The position numbers and the translations under genes were made by a program. Shown piece after piece: positions 49,353-60,400 of a DNA stretch of 64,000 bases. This stretch comes from Rhodosorus marinus CCMP1338 (lineage: Eukaryota > Plantae > Rhodophyta): assembly GCA_029953675.1 (NCBI GenBank), contig JAMWBK010000005.1, forward strand, positions 868,001-932,000. Direction: 5' to 3'. The notes below the pieces were generated by a model. The model saw nothing but the letters and a program-made list of their open reading frames with translations. It was not told where the DNA came from and made no database searches. Numbering within the stretch: position 1 is the stretch's first letter; the number at the start of each line of letters is the position of its first letter.

Positions 49353-50519
49353 CTAACAGATGAACGCCTTCTCCGAATTAATCTCACTGCATTCAAGGCA
49401 AGGATTTTGCGCGAACTTCTTCTCCACCATCGCCGCGCGTACTTTCGTCACTGTCTCAATGTATGAACCGTCCGGATTCTCCTTCAAGACTGTCACCAGC
49501 GTATGCGTGAGGGCGCCAAATGCGTCACCTCCTGGTGGACGCACATCAGCAGATGTCTCGTGTGCTTGGCATCCGGTAATCAGGATACCCTTGTCAGGAC
49601 TAAGGGGATCTGGTTTCGGAGGTGCTGAGGTGGTAGGGGTATGCGCCGCCTGTGTCGCAGGAGCGGAGTCACCTCCCACGGCCGATGCTACCTGGCCTAG
49701 TAGGCTGCCGAATCCACCACCGCCACCGCTCGAGGGTGGTTCGGCGGGAGCACCTCCACCAGAAAGAGCTCCGACAAGGCTCGACATAGCACCTCCAGTG
49801 CCACCGGAGCCTCCAATTCCCAGAATTGACAGAAACTGGCTAGCCTCTGGACCAAAGATCGATCCCAATGAACTGCGTATGTCCCTAGTTCCAACCGTTC
49901 GCCCGAGTTTCTGCGAAAGGATGCTGGCCACGAGATCTGGTTTGAGCTCGCGGCTCTTAACCCCGACTTCCTCGGGGTCGATATCTCGAGATCCGCCTAG
50001 GAAGGAAATCAAGGAAGACGGCTCCGGCAGGTGCTGACCTGTTCCTCCAGCCTTTGGTCCATCGATTTGCACCGCCGAATGATCCAGCATAGAACCACTG
50101 TGACAGCAATCAGAAATGAATGTGAAATCAACTCCGTCCGCAATTTGAGAAACGATCGCCTTCAAATCATCGTCGACCAGCAGGTTCATATCCGTAGGGC
50201 AGATCGCTTCATCCTTGTGATCATCCTCTTGATCGTCACCATCGGACGCTACCTGAGTTCCATGCCCCGAAAAATGGAACACCAGGACATCGCCAGGTTG
50301 CGATCCACTGCACATCGTCGTCAGCGCCGATTTGATGTTTGCTCCAGTCGGGGAGGTATAAGAATCATCCGTATCAATCAACACGGTGATATCATCATCC
50401 GAGAATCCCTTGTACTCCGTCAGGAAACCCTTGATCATGAACGCATCGTTCACACACCCGGCCAATTCAGCCTGCGAACCAGGGTAATTACACCCAACCA
50501 GAACAGCTTTTTTTGACAT
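49353..50519 (-). CDS. Metacaspase with type II architecture (no prodomain, long p20-p10 linker), intronless
   Basis: KKAVLVGCNYPGS..LAGCVND, HFSGHG (His86), DMNLLVDDD, ISDCCHSG (Cys139), a ~165-residue linker, GILITGCQAHETSAD, GALT, and C-terminal AFIC. Confidence 0.95.
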   Translation of the reverse strand: MSKKAVLVGCNYPGSQAELAGCVNDAFMIKGFLTEYKGFSDDDITVLIDTDDSYTSPTGANIKSALTTMCSGSQPGDVLVFHFSGHGTQVASDGDDQEDDHKDEAICPTDMNLLVDDDLKAIVSQIADGVDFTFISDCCHSGSMLDHSAVQIDGPKAGGTGQHLPEPSSLISFLGGSRDIDPEEVGVKSRELKPDLVASILSQKLGRTVGTRDIRSSLGSIFGPEASQFLSILGIGGSGGTGGAMSSLVGALSGGGAPAEPPSSGGGGGFGSLLGQVASAVGGDSAPATQAAHTPTTSAPPKPDPLSPDKGILITGCQAHETSADVRPPGGDAFGALTHTLVTVLKENPDGSYIETVTKVRAAMVEKKFAQNPCLECSEINSEKAFIC

Positions 50520-52388
50520 CCCTCAACACACCAAAAAAAACAACAAACCAGCAACTCTATAAGATCCCCAACACCCCCTCCCCCCCCCCCTCAACCCAAC
50601 AACCCACAACCTCTCAACAGTTAAGCAAATACAAATCCTACCTTCAAAAAGCCCCCAGCTCCAATACACCCTCACCAGCTCATCGTCGACCAGCAGCCAA
50701 ACCCAGCGCACCCTCCCCACACAAATGAATCCTTTATGTACGCAGATTTCCTCATACACAAGACTATAGCCTTGCGCACCCGTCCACGCAGATCCAACGG
50801 CAGACACGACCTCCACCTCCTCTTCTATCCAAAAACGCTCTTGAATCTAAAGATATCATCCAAAACTAGAATCTTCATTACTTTTAAAACCAATATCCTT
50901 TCACCAATCCCAATTTCTTTCCGTTACAAACAAAACAGCTTACATTATCTTTCGTACCTCCCCCCCCTCTCGTTTCCTCCAAGATTTGCATTCCTTTTTT
51001 CGATTACCTTTAGGATATATGGGCTGGATCACTTTCTATTTCCCCACATATATTTAATATTGTAAATATCTGCAAGTATTCTAGGAAAAACATTTTTAAT
51101 ATGTAGCTGGGGTGGGGTAGATTGTCTCTGTTTTATCTACCCCCCCCCCTTTCGATCTTTCTGTCGATAATGCTTTTTTTACTGAATTGTGGATTTATTA
51201 TAATGATTGATGATCGGAGAAAGGTCGATATTTCTTTGCAAAATCGGATATTATAATGATTGATTACTGTCATTTTGAATGAGAATACTGTGTATCGGTG
51301 CTGGTTGTTGTGTTGATTGGCATGAGCCAATTGGGGGGCCCGATGGCTGACTGGTAGCTTTCCCGTCGTAAGTTGTAGCGATGCGAATAATATCGGTGAA
51401 TACAAAGGCGCCTACCAACGCTAAGGCCCTGCAGTCCACCGCTGGTCATCGATTTGTCCCATTAGTTGTAGGGGGCTTCGTCTTGGAGGCGTGCTCTCTG
51501 TGCCCTTCCTTGAGTCCCACATTCGGGGATGTTGATTTCCGCCTAAACCGATACATACAGATTGGTCTGACACGTTTCCTGAAGGTTTCCCTTACGAGTA
51601 GAGGTTCTATGGAGATAGCATCCTATGGAAGGGTGAGTGAGAGCATGATGCTGTGATTTCGTCGTCTGACTCGGCACATCGCACATCGACCAAGTGCAGT
51701 TCCCGATCTCCCGAAGCGCCTGCGGCTCTCGCCCCCAGCCCAGATTTCTAGAGCAGTACATCGTGGCTCGTAAATCTTCAAGTCGGCAAATGATCGCTGA
51801 GTGTGGTGACTAGAGCCCTCGTCTTCGGAGAGTCTAGGTGAAAACGTTCGGGTAGTTGGTGTGGTCACTGTCGGTGGTTGTGCGTATAGTAGATTGGTTT
51901 TGCTATTCATGTTGGGATTTCTGCCTGTAAAGCGCCTGCACATCTTCCGGATCGGATGGTCTGGCGGTGCCAGCGGCTGCGTCAAAGGTCAAAGGATCCA
52001 GGGCCCTCTGCTTGTGAAACCAGTCCTGCTGTGTTTTACAAGTCGCAGTTGAACGGTTGTTGTACTTTTTAAATCTATTCCAAGAAGCCTCGGGGTGTTT
52101 CACAGCATCGGGATGATATGGGTTTAGAGTATAAAAAAAAAATGCGCTGTGTATCCATGGGAGCTTCTCATCCCGCTAATGCGTACTGCCCGGGAGACCA
52201 CCAGCGACTCAGCCGCGCTCAAGCCTGACTCTGAGGCCCTTCGATGCGTTGTGGGTGCAAGTGTAGGTGATGGACAGGTCGAGAGTCGGAAGTCAAGAGT
52301 AGTTCTATTTCTTTTGGATAAACGCTAGTGGGTGGGCACGGCCCAAGCCATCCTTCACTCATGCTCTTCCTTTCTATTAGATACCGTT

Positions 52389-53150
52389 TCATTTTGCTTC
52401 CACATCCCCTTTGATGGATTGAAGCATCTGAAGGATTTGGTTAAGAAGCTTCTTGTCCTCGGCTTGCTGGCTTAGCTTCGTCTCCTCAAGCTGTAGCTTC
52501 TTCTCCTCTATTTCCCTCTGCTTTCTACGATCCTCGATCTCCGCTTGGAGTCGGATTTCGTCCAGGTCTATTTTCTTTCGCTGCATCTCGTTCGCGGCGC
52601 TGTCCTTCTCCTTTAAATAAGATACAAACTGGTTGAGCGACTGCATATCTCGCACGCGCTTAGCGTCTGGGTCATCAGGGTCACCAATGTATCCACGTTT
52701 TCGGTCGAAACCACCAAACGAATCTCTCTTGCCATCTCGCCTCTCTTCTTTCGCCATGGCAAACGTGTCCTTCCTGTTCACAATATCGCTGAGAAGGTGC
52801 TCTCTGAGCTCGAACACCTCACCTGCACCTCTCCTCAAGTTGTCCAGGTCATGTTTCTTCAGCCAGCGCTCAAGGATAAGAAACCTGTCCCTGGCCATTC
52901 GCGAATCCACTTTCCATGGGAAAGAGCCGCTGTTGTTCAGTGCGTCCGTCACCTCCTCCCATGTCTCGTTGACCTTTCCGTGGGGAGCAGCGTACGGCTG
53001 CCGAGCCCCAACCTCCCGCAGTAATATTACATCCAAATTAGGGTTGAACCGCTTCCTCGACTTTCGTTCGCTGTCGGGACCACTACTGCCCCTACCGTCC
53101 CGGTCACCATTAACGCCCTCTCCATCGATCACCTCAATAGGCTGCTCCAT
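52389..53150 (-). CDS. Myb/SANT-like DNA-binding domain protein with C-terminal coiled coil
   Basis: RKRFNPNLDVILLREV...PYAAPHGKVNETWEEVTDALN...VDSRMARDRFLIL resembles Myb/SANT-like (trihelix-type) domains. Basic and coiled-coil tail (EIEEKKLQLEETKL). 253-aa ATG ORF. Confidence 0.7.
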   Translation of the reverse strand: MEQPIEVIDGEGVNGDRDGRGSSGPDSERKSRKRFNPNLDVILLREVGARQPYAAPHGKVNETWEEVTDALNNSGSFPWKVDSRMARDRFLILERWLKKHDLDNLRRGAGEVFELREHLLSDIVNRKDTFAMAKEERRDGKRDSFGGFDRKRGYIGDPDDPDAKRVRDMQSLNQFVSYLKEKDSAANEMQRKKIDLDEIRLQAEIEDRRKQREIEEKKLQLEETKLSQQAEDKKLLNQILQMLQSIKGDVEAK

Positions 53151-54587
53151 CGTAGATTTACTTTCTACCGCTACCCAAATTCTCCCTTCAACCCCATCGT
53201 ATATTTCCCCCCATCTATAACCAACCTATCCTTCCCCACCGTTCAAATATACGAAACCAAATCCACAAAAACGTACCAAATTTTCATCCTTTTCAAACGC
53301 CAGGCTTCCAAACATGCGAAACCCTTCGAAAACACCACAAAATCACGCTTTCCAAGAGTCCACCAAGAGAGAGAAATTGTCCAATATTAAAACGACTATA
53401 CTATTTCATACCCCCCCTTTAATAGTCCACATTATCTCAATATTCACTATTAGTTGAACAAATTGCTCGCTAATTCTACCTGAAACGATATCGTTTCCAC
53501 CCTTGTGAGAGTTGGAACAAGAAACTCGGTTGAGGATTGGTTATGCCCTAATGGTATGACGAATTGTAATAGCACGCGTGTCCTAAAAGAACCCAATCCG
53601 AATAGATAGAAGGTTTTAATTGGATGGAAATCGTCCCATGGGGTATCCTGGAAAGGATTTATTTGTATGAAAACGTCAGAGTACGGTCAGCAGTAGAGGA
53701 ATATTTCTTGGCTATGTAATGACTGACTTTCAGCCAATTTATTTAAATTGACTGATGCTTATTGTGTCAGGACCTTTTTAGTGGTGAAGGGGTGGAAGAA
53801 AAAGGCTGCTGCCCCATTTTCGAGGGTGGGGGGGAAGGGGGTCGTAGAACCGCTGCTCTTTGAGGTGGTCGACGGGCTCGATGAAGAAACTGAGGCTCAA
53901 CCAAAGGAATTTTTTGAGCACGGCCCTGACCATACCTGTGTTCCTACTGTTACCACTGAGTAGACATCCGTCCTCCGAAGCCCGTGCTCCTGAATATGCG
54001 TCGTTGTTTCGGTAATCGGTTGCTTGGAATCAGGCTTTGAGCGATGCTGAAAGCGCTTGGTTTCCATTTCATCAAATCGGATAGGTGTCTCTACGAATTA
54101 GAAAAGCTGTCGCTGGTTTGTGCACGTCGGTGTTGCTAGCTAGGTGGGCGGACACGGACGAGATCGGCTGCGATGTCAATGCTCCTCATGAGACATTCCA
54201 GTGAACAACGGTCGCGAAACCCGATGTGTATCATATTCTATCGAAATTATACACTGGCGGGGAAGCTCCGCCACTGTGCTCAAGGTTCTACCTTCGGGGG
54301 CTCCATGATCCGCCCAGGGCAGCTCCTAGGTAATTAGCCGGGCGGCTTAGCAGTTTCGTAATACAATACCGACCGTTGTTGAGGCGTTTTTCGCTATCTA
54401 CTGTCTCGAGAACGGGTGAGGCCCTTCTCTCGCTGTGCTAACAGACTACTCTAACGAATGAATGCGCCCTATTCGGAGATTAAACTAAACCCCGAGGATA
54501 AAAAAGACTAGTTGACGTGAAGATCCCGCGCCTCCAACATCAAAGCAGCGTTCTTGCGCCACAACAGGAAAACTACAACGGGTTAAC

Positions 54588-54781
54588 GAGGACTCAAATT
54601 GTGCGCATCTCAAAGTTGAGACCTATCATGTGCCCAGGTTTAGATTCCTTTTTCAAACTTCGATGATCTACTTGGCTGAATTGGAGGACTCAAATTGTGC
54701 CCATCTCAGAAAGCTGAGACCTATCATGTGCCCAAGTTTAGATTCCTTTTTCAAGCTTCGATGATCTACATGGTTGAAATT
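54588..54781. repeat. Near-identical 96-bp tandem duplication
   Basis: gaggactcaaattgtgc...cgatgatctac at 54588 and again at 54684, with only a few substitutions/indels. Confidence 0.93.
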
Positions 54782-57403
54782 TCGATTGAACTGTACGCCA
54801 TTGTTTGTTTTACTGCCTCTATTCAGCTGCCCCTGATAAACTGCGGAGCTGATAACTACGTTCTCGTTTCCAATTTACCCGGAGTTGTTACGAGTCCAGT
54901 GCCGGGTAAATGCTCCTGCGAACTCTGAAACGTGCGAGCACCCGATGATGCATCCACGATTTGCGGAAAGATCTGATCCTCGAGAATCCAGTAACTTACG
55001 TGCATCTAGATGCTGAAACAAATACGACAATAATTGGCTTGTCCTGACAGCAGGCTATCAAAGGTTACAAAAATCTGATCTGCCGGAGCCGGTTGCGGAA
55101 ACCCTTTGGAAAGAGCTACTCTTACCAGGTTATAGGTGCTTCAACCAGCGGGCGGAAGACAAAGCGACCACGACTTGGAATATAGCTGCCATTCAATTTT
55201 CAGTTTTTGAACAAGCAACAAGCTCTCCAACAATGGCAGCAAGTTGTAGAATCCATAATGACCACGTCAAGAAGTTTTAACGCGGCAACTAGGACCTGCA
55301 TGCACTTAAGCAAACTCCTGCAAACAGATCAGGATCTCAAGTCCATAAGGCAGAAACTTCGTTTCTTTCGAACGTAGCATGAGACCCCGGTAGCGGGGTT
55401 AGCGTAAGCTTTTCCCTAGATAGTAGTAGCACTAGTGATACGCTGCAGTAGGCAGCTGCCCAGTAAAGTTGCAGCTTCCCAGTAAAGTTTACGGTTACTT
55501 CCTGCTTTCAAAAACTCAGTCAAAACGCAACTGAAATCGCCACATTTCGCCGGAGTCAAGAAAGTGTCACCCGCCTCCCCGGGTAATCGGACAAATACTA
55601 GGAAGCTTGCATCCCAATTGCACACACAGCCGATTGCCATACCGAGAAAACAAAGATTTCCACACTTTCTCGTTATGGTTTTTCCTATTACCTAAGAAAG
55701 TTCGAATAAATATTAAACCCTAAAGGTGAAAAGAAATGAATACTTAATTAAACGTGAACAAAATTTTCTAATACAATCTGTAAGCAATTGAAACATTGAC
55801 ACGTGCCCTTAACAATCAGAATGGATCTCTAACCTTCGTATTTGATATGAAAACCACCATTTATAGAATTAGCGGTTTTTACTAATATTATTCGCTTCTC
55901 ACAAGATGAATTCATTCAAAAACTTTCCACGACTCCTGTTCGTGCTCTTCCGCAAAAAAAAAAAATTCAATTGTTCGAGAATGGTCGCTCTGAGTCGCCA
56001 CACTAAGTCCTTCCAATAAACAAGATCCCCCTCCCCCTTTAGGGCCAGCAGTGAACTTCAAAAAAAGCAAGCACCACTATAAAAGTCATCATCCAAGCGA
56101 AAACTAATATATTTATTAATTTAATTTTATTCAATACAAACCTCTAAATTATATGTGACACTTAAAGTTAGTCATCCGAAACGAGGGAAGATTGTTAGGA
56201 CCCTATTGTGATAGGGGGGGGGGTTAGTTTCTCGGAGAATTGTCCTCCGCGGACTATGAACCATAAAATGATTTTGAATAGTAATTCCGCGCACAGTCTA
56301 ATTTATTTATAAAACAAGTATTCTCCCACATAACCAATTTCCGTATAAATTGGTTAGATATTGATGAGAAGACCAAGATGAGAAGACCAATGACCGGTTC
56401 ACTGGGAATTAGCTTTTCATTTTTCCGCTTACAAACTGTGTGTGTGCTCACGTAGCAGGAGGGATTCCCGTCCCCTGCTCTACTACCAGGACGGCGTTGG
56501 CTCTATTGTTTCCGTAACATTTGCTTACGGAAATCGGTTTGGTGTGGCCCAAAAAAAAATTCGTTTAAACAACAAGCATCCACTTTTTATTTTGTTTCTT
56601 GCTTTCTCTTTGCTGAAGCAAAAAATTTCAAGGTTTTTTTTGTTTTTTGGTATGTTGTGGAATGCTCCATAAATGAGGAAAGAAAAATCCACCCAAAACT
56701 CTTGTGCAAAAAAAGTAAAAAAAGTTGCTGTTAGAGGAACTTCCAATTGCCCAAGGGGGGGATTTGTGCTTCATTTTTAAAGTGCAAAACAGGAAGGAAA
56801 AAAGAATGTACAGAAAGAAAGAAAAAAATTAGAAGGGCGTGGTCGTTGGGTCAATAGACGGGATCGTCTCTGCGTGTCCACTCCTTTCCTCCCCCCCCTT
56901 CTCTCGCTACTGTCAAAACTTGTGCTCGACTATGAGTAACTTCTCAGGGGGAGTATAAATGTACGAAATCTTAATTTTTATTTGTATATTAAGATATATA
57001 TCTTGCGGGGATGAAATTCTTACCCTCAGTTAAGAGGTGGTGGATACGAATGGGAAAGCTTGTAGGGCTCCATATGTTATTCCTATCATTGCTGCCGTTT
57101 TGCATGTGTGGGTGGCAAGTCTGGTGGAGGTGTTGAAAACCTCGAGGAGTGGAGAAAGGAGGGGAGGGGGTCCAGAGGTGGGGGGATGGATGTATGAAGG
57201 GAGGTGGGTATCCTCGGATCTGGACTGCGGCGTGGGTATGGTGAAGTCGGGGAGTGGGTAGGGGTTGTATTCTGTCCGTTGCTGCGACTCGGGGGAGTCT
57301 GGTTGTCTGTGGTGTGTACTGTTTTCCCCACACCGCTTGTGGATGTACTGTGGATGAGAATTTGAGAGCAGTCCTTTTTTTTGGTTGAGGTAACCTGGTG
57401 GTT

Positions 57404-60400
57404 ATGGAAAGATCAAGAATGATAAGCCATAGGGTAAAGCCGTTCGCCAGTGCGACACTGGTGTTGCTGGTTCTCTTTGGTGTTTTGTTACCGTTTTCGG
57501 CTGCTCAAGATATTAAGATCAATTTTAAGCCAGTAGGGAGTGCAGCAAACGTTGCCACATACTCTCCAGATTACGGGTTCGTGTATGGCGAGCGAAGCGT
57601 TGCGAATAGGTGCTACGGGTGGCTGGTGGCAGGAGCTTACGCGGGGGTGCCCGATCAGGCCGAGTTGTCAATGGAGAATAGTATTCCGCCACTGGTCCGA
57701 AGCAAGATCTGCTTCACAGGGACGGAGAAGTGGTACGTGCTTGTAACGAAGGGAAAATACAATTTGACCGCGGCTATCGGCAACGGAAATGCTCCGCAAA
57801 CTCTGCTTGTGAATAATGTCATGACCGTGAACGGCATTGCTCCGAACCCTGGACGGCACGCTGTTGTGAGAAGGATTCAAACCACTGCGGCAAACGCACC
57901 CCCGCTCATTCAGGAAGGTGATAACTGTGGATGCCAAAACTGCGGGGTTATTCGAGTCAATGGGCCTGCGGGTACTTGCATCAACTGGTTAGAGCTTAAG
58001 AAAGTGGCCAATGGTGGTGGAAACCCGTCTCCGTCTCCTAGCCCTGGAGCGGGCTGCGTACCCTTTCCTTCCGTATTAGGAATGAAGTCGGTCTCTCCCA
58101 ACCCCTGTGACACGGTCCGTGTGGCAGCACCTTGGACAGCTGATTTCAATAACCAAAAGCAAGATTCGCTCGTAGATCGGAACGGCAACAAGATTGGATT
58201 CACCATGGTGCTTCCTTCTACGACGTCGCAAAAGTATCTACGACCACAGCTGCTGCGAGCAAAAGGGGGTGCATTGTTCATTACGCCAAATGGTCAGCAA
58301 ACGATGTTCAGTACGAGCAACAACGCTGTGAACGCGATAGGAGTCGGTCTTGAGCAACCCGGTGAGGACGTTACGGTTCAGGCGAACATTTTGATCCCCC
58401 CGAGCACAGGGAAGGTGATGAGGTTTTGTCTGTTCTTTGCGGTGAGCGACAAACACCAGGTGTCTAACTGCGTTACGACGGACGTCAACGATAACAGCCT
58501 GCTCGAATCTATCTACGAAGTGGATGACCGGAAAAGAAGATTTATTTCCCGATCCGTCTCAGTTGGATCAAGCCGAATCATCAACTTGGGAATGGAAGTA
58601 TCAAGTCAGTTGAATCGAATTGTTCTTACTTTCCAAACGGGCGGAAGGAACAAGGTTGTGCTTGCCGCAATCGATACCGAGCCAACGCTCCATTCCAAGG
58701 ACGGTGCGCAGCTCGACTTTCGAGTCAAAACCGCTAGCTTTGCTGGTGTGCACGCGTCAGGTCCCCAGAATGTTGAGTACAAGCTTAATGCGTTCGAGGT
58801 CGAGGCTGTTCGGAACAATGGATCTGGAGATCTCGGAGATGAAGACTTTGATTTTAGTTGGGTCATCCCGGAGATTAATTTCCCTACCTCAATGAGGTTC
58901 TGCAAGGATGGAAAGCTGTACGTTGCGTCGGCACTTGGAGACTTGTACATACTCACTCTCGACAGAGGTACGAGGCAGGTGACTCGAGTAGTCAAGAAGG
59001 TTGTAGGACAGAGGCTGATCCTCGGAATAGAATGTCAGCCTGATTTGCCGGCGAATGACGTTCGTTTGTGGATAAGTCACACTCACCAAAGTCAGGAGCA
59101 GGCGCCTGCGAATACGGGTATGATATCTGTGGTATTTGGGCCGGGTCTCTCGAACAGGCGCAACGTGGTGATGAATCTACCCCGCTCCTTCGCGAACCAT
59201 GGGAATTACAACATCCGCTTCGGACCAGACAAGATGCTTTATTGTGGAGTGGGCAGCAACACTGCGGCCGGAGCTTCGAATACGTTCATCGACTCTGACT
59301 TCTCTAAGCGATCGGAGCAGCTATTCTCCGCCGCAATCTTGAGAATGGATGTGTTGAATCCAAACTTCAGAGGGGAATGCTTGACAGATCCGAAACCCGA
59401 CAGGTTGGACACGACCGGAATGTGTAACCGCAAGTCTGATATCTTGAAACTCAGGCCGAATTTCGACAAACAATGTCAAATTGAGATTGTTGCGACGGGT
59501 CTACGAAGTCCATACGATTTCAACTTTTGGGACAAGTACATGTTCGTGACTAACAATGGCGTTGGTGGTGTGGGGACAATTCCTTACATCGGGGAGAACA
59601 ACGAGCTAAGATCGAATTGCCGCGGAGTTGTGACTCCCCAGTTTAGAGAGGTTACCGCGTCGGGAAGAAGAGACGACGTTCTGCACAGAATTGATCTAAC
59701 CGAGGACGTTGGAAAGTACTATGGGGGTCATCCGAATCCTTGCAGAAATGAGTGCGTCTTCCAAGGAGGTAATCCAACGAGGGAATTGGACTTTGGAGTG
59801 CCAAGGAGCTCTTCGTTTCAGGGCGGAAGCTACTATATGGAAAAGCCTTCGTACAAGGTTGGTACGGAGCCGACTAAAAATTTTCATAAGGCGGCATTCT
59901 CTTTCGGTGAATCCGTCTCTCCCAATGGCATCATTCGGTACGCCGGAAACGCATTTTGTGGCTACCTGAAGGACAACTTGCTTGTGACGTACTACTCGCA
60001 ACTGGACAGAATCCAGGTCCTGGAGATGGACAATGAGTTCGACGTGAAGAAAGACCGGCCTCTGCGTCGCTCTGACATTGCTACGGGAGGTCAGTTGCTG
60101 AAGAACCCGCTGACCCTCGTAGAAGACCCCTTCGGCAATATCTTCGTTGCTGAATTCTTCGGAGCTAGAGTGAGAGTGTTCGATCCAGTCGGCCCGAACT
60201 GCTACGTGCCAACGGAGGACGGTCCAAAGGAAATGCCCTCAGGACTATGGAAATCGTCAGTGGCCGTTGACGCCGACAAAGCTTATGTTTTCGGAGGGCA
60301 GTTTGCAAACGGCACACTTTCGAACAACATGTATATGTATGACGGGTTCTCGAATTCTTGGAGTCACCTTCCGCAGCCTCCATTCCCTGGATACCAGATG

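Noticed and set aside
49360-53220. Long antisense ORFs over the metacaspase and Myb genes (similar ones overlap MSH3, groEL, pyk and menH-menC)
   Set aside because: Shadow ORFs produced by codon bias of the real genes on the opposite strand.
56509-56533. 9-bp perfect hairpin tttccgtaa/ttacggaaa
   Set aside because: Expected by chance at this length in 64 kb, and rho-independent terminators do not apply to this eukaryote.
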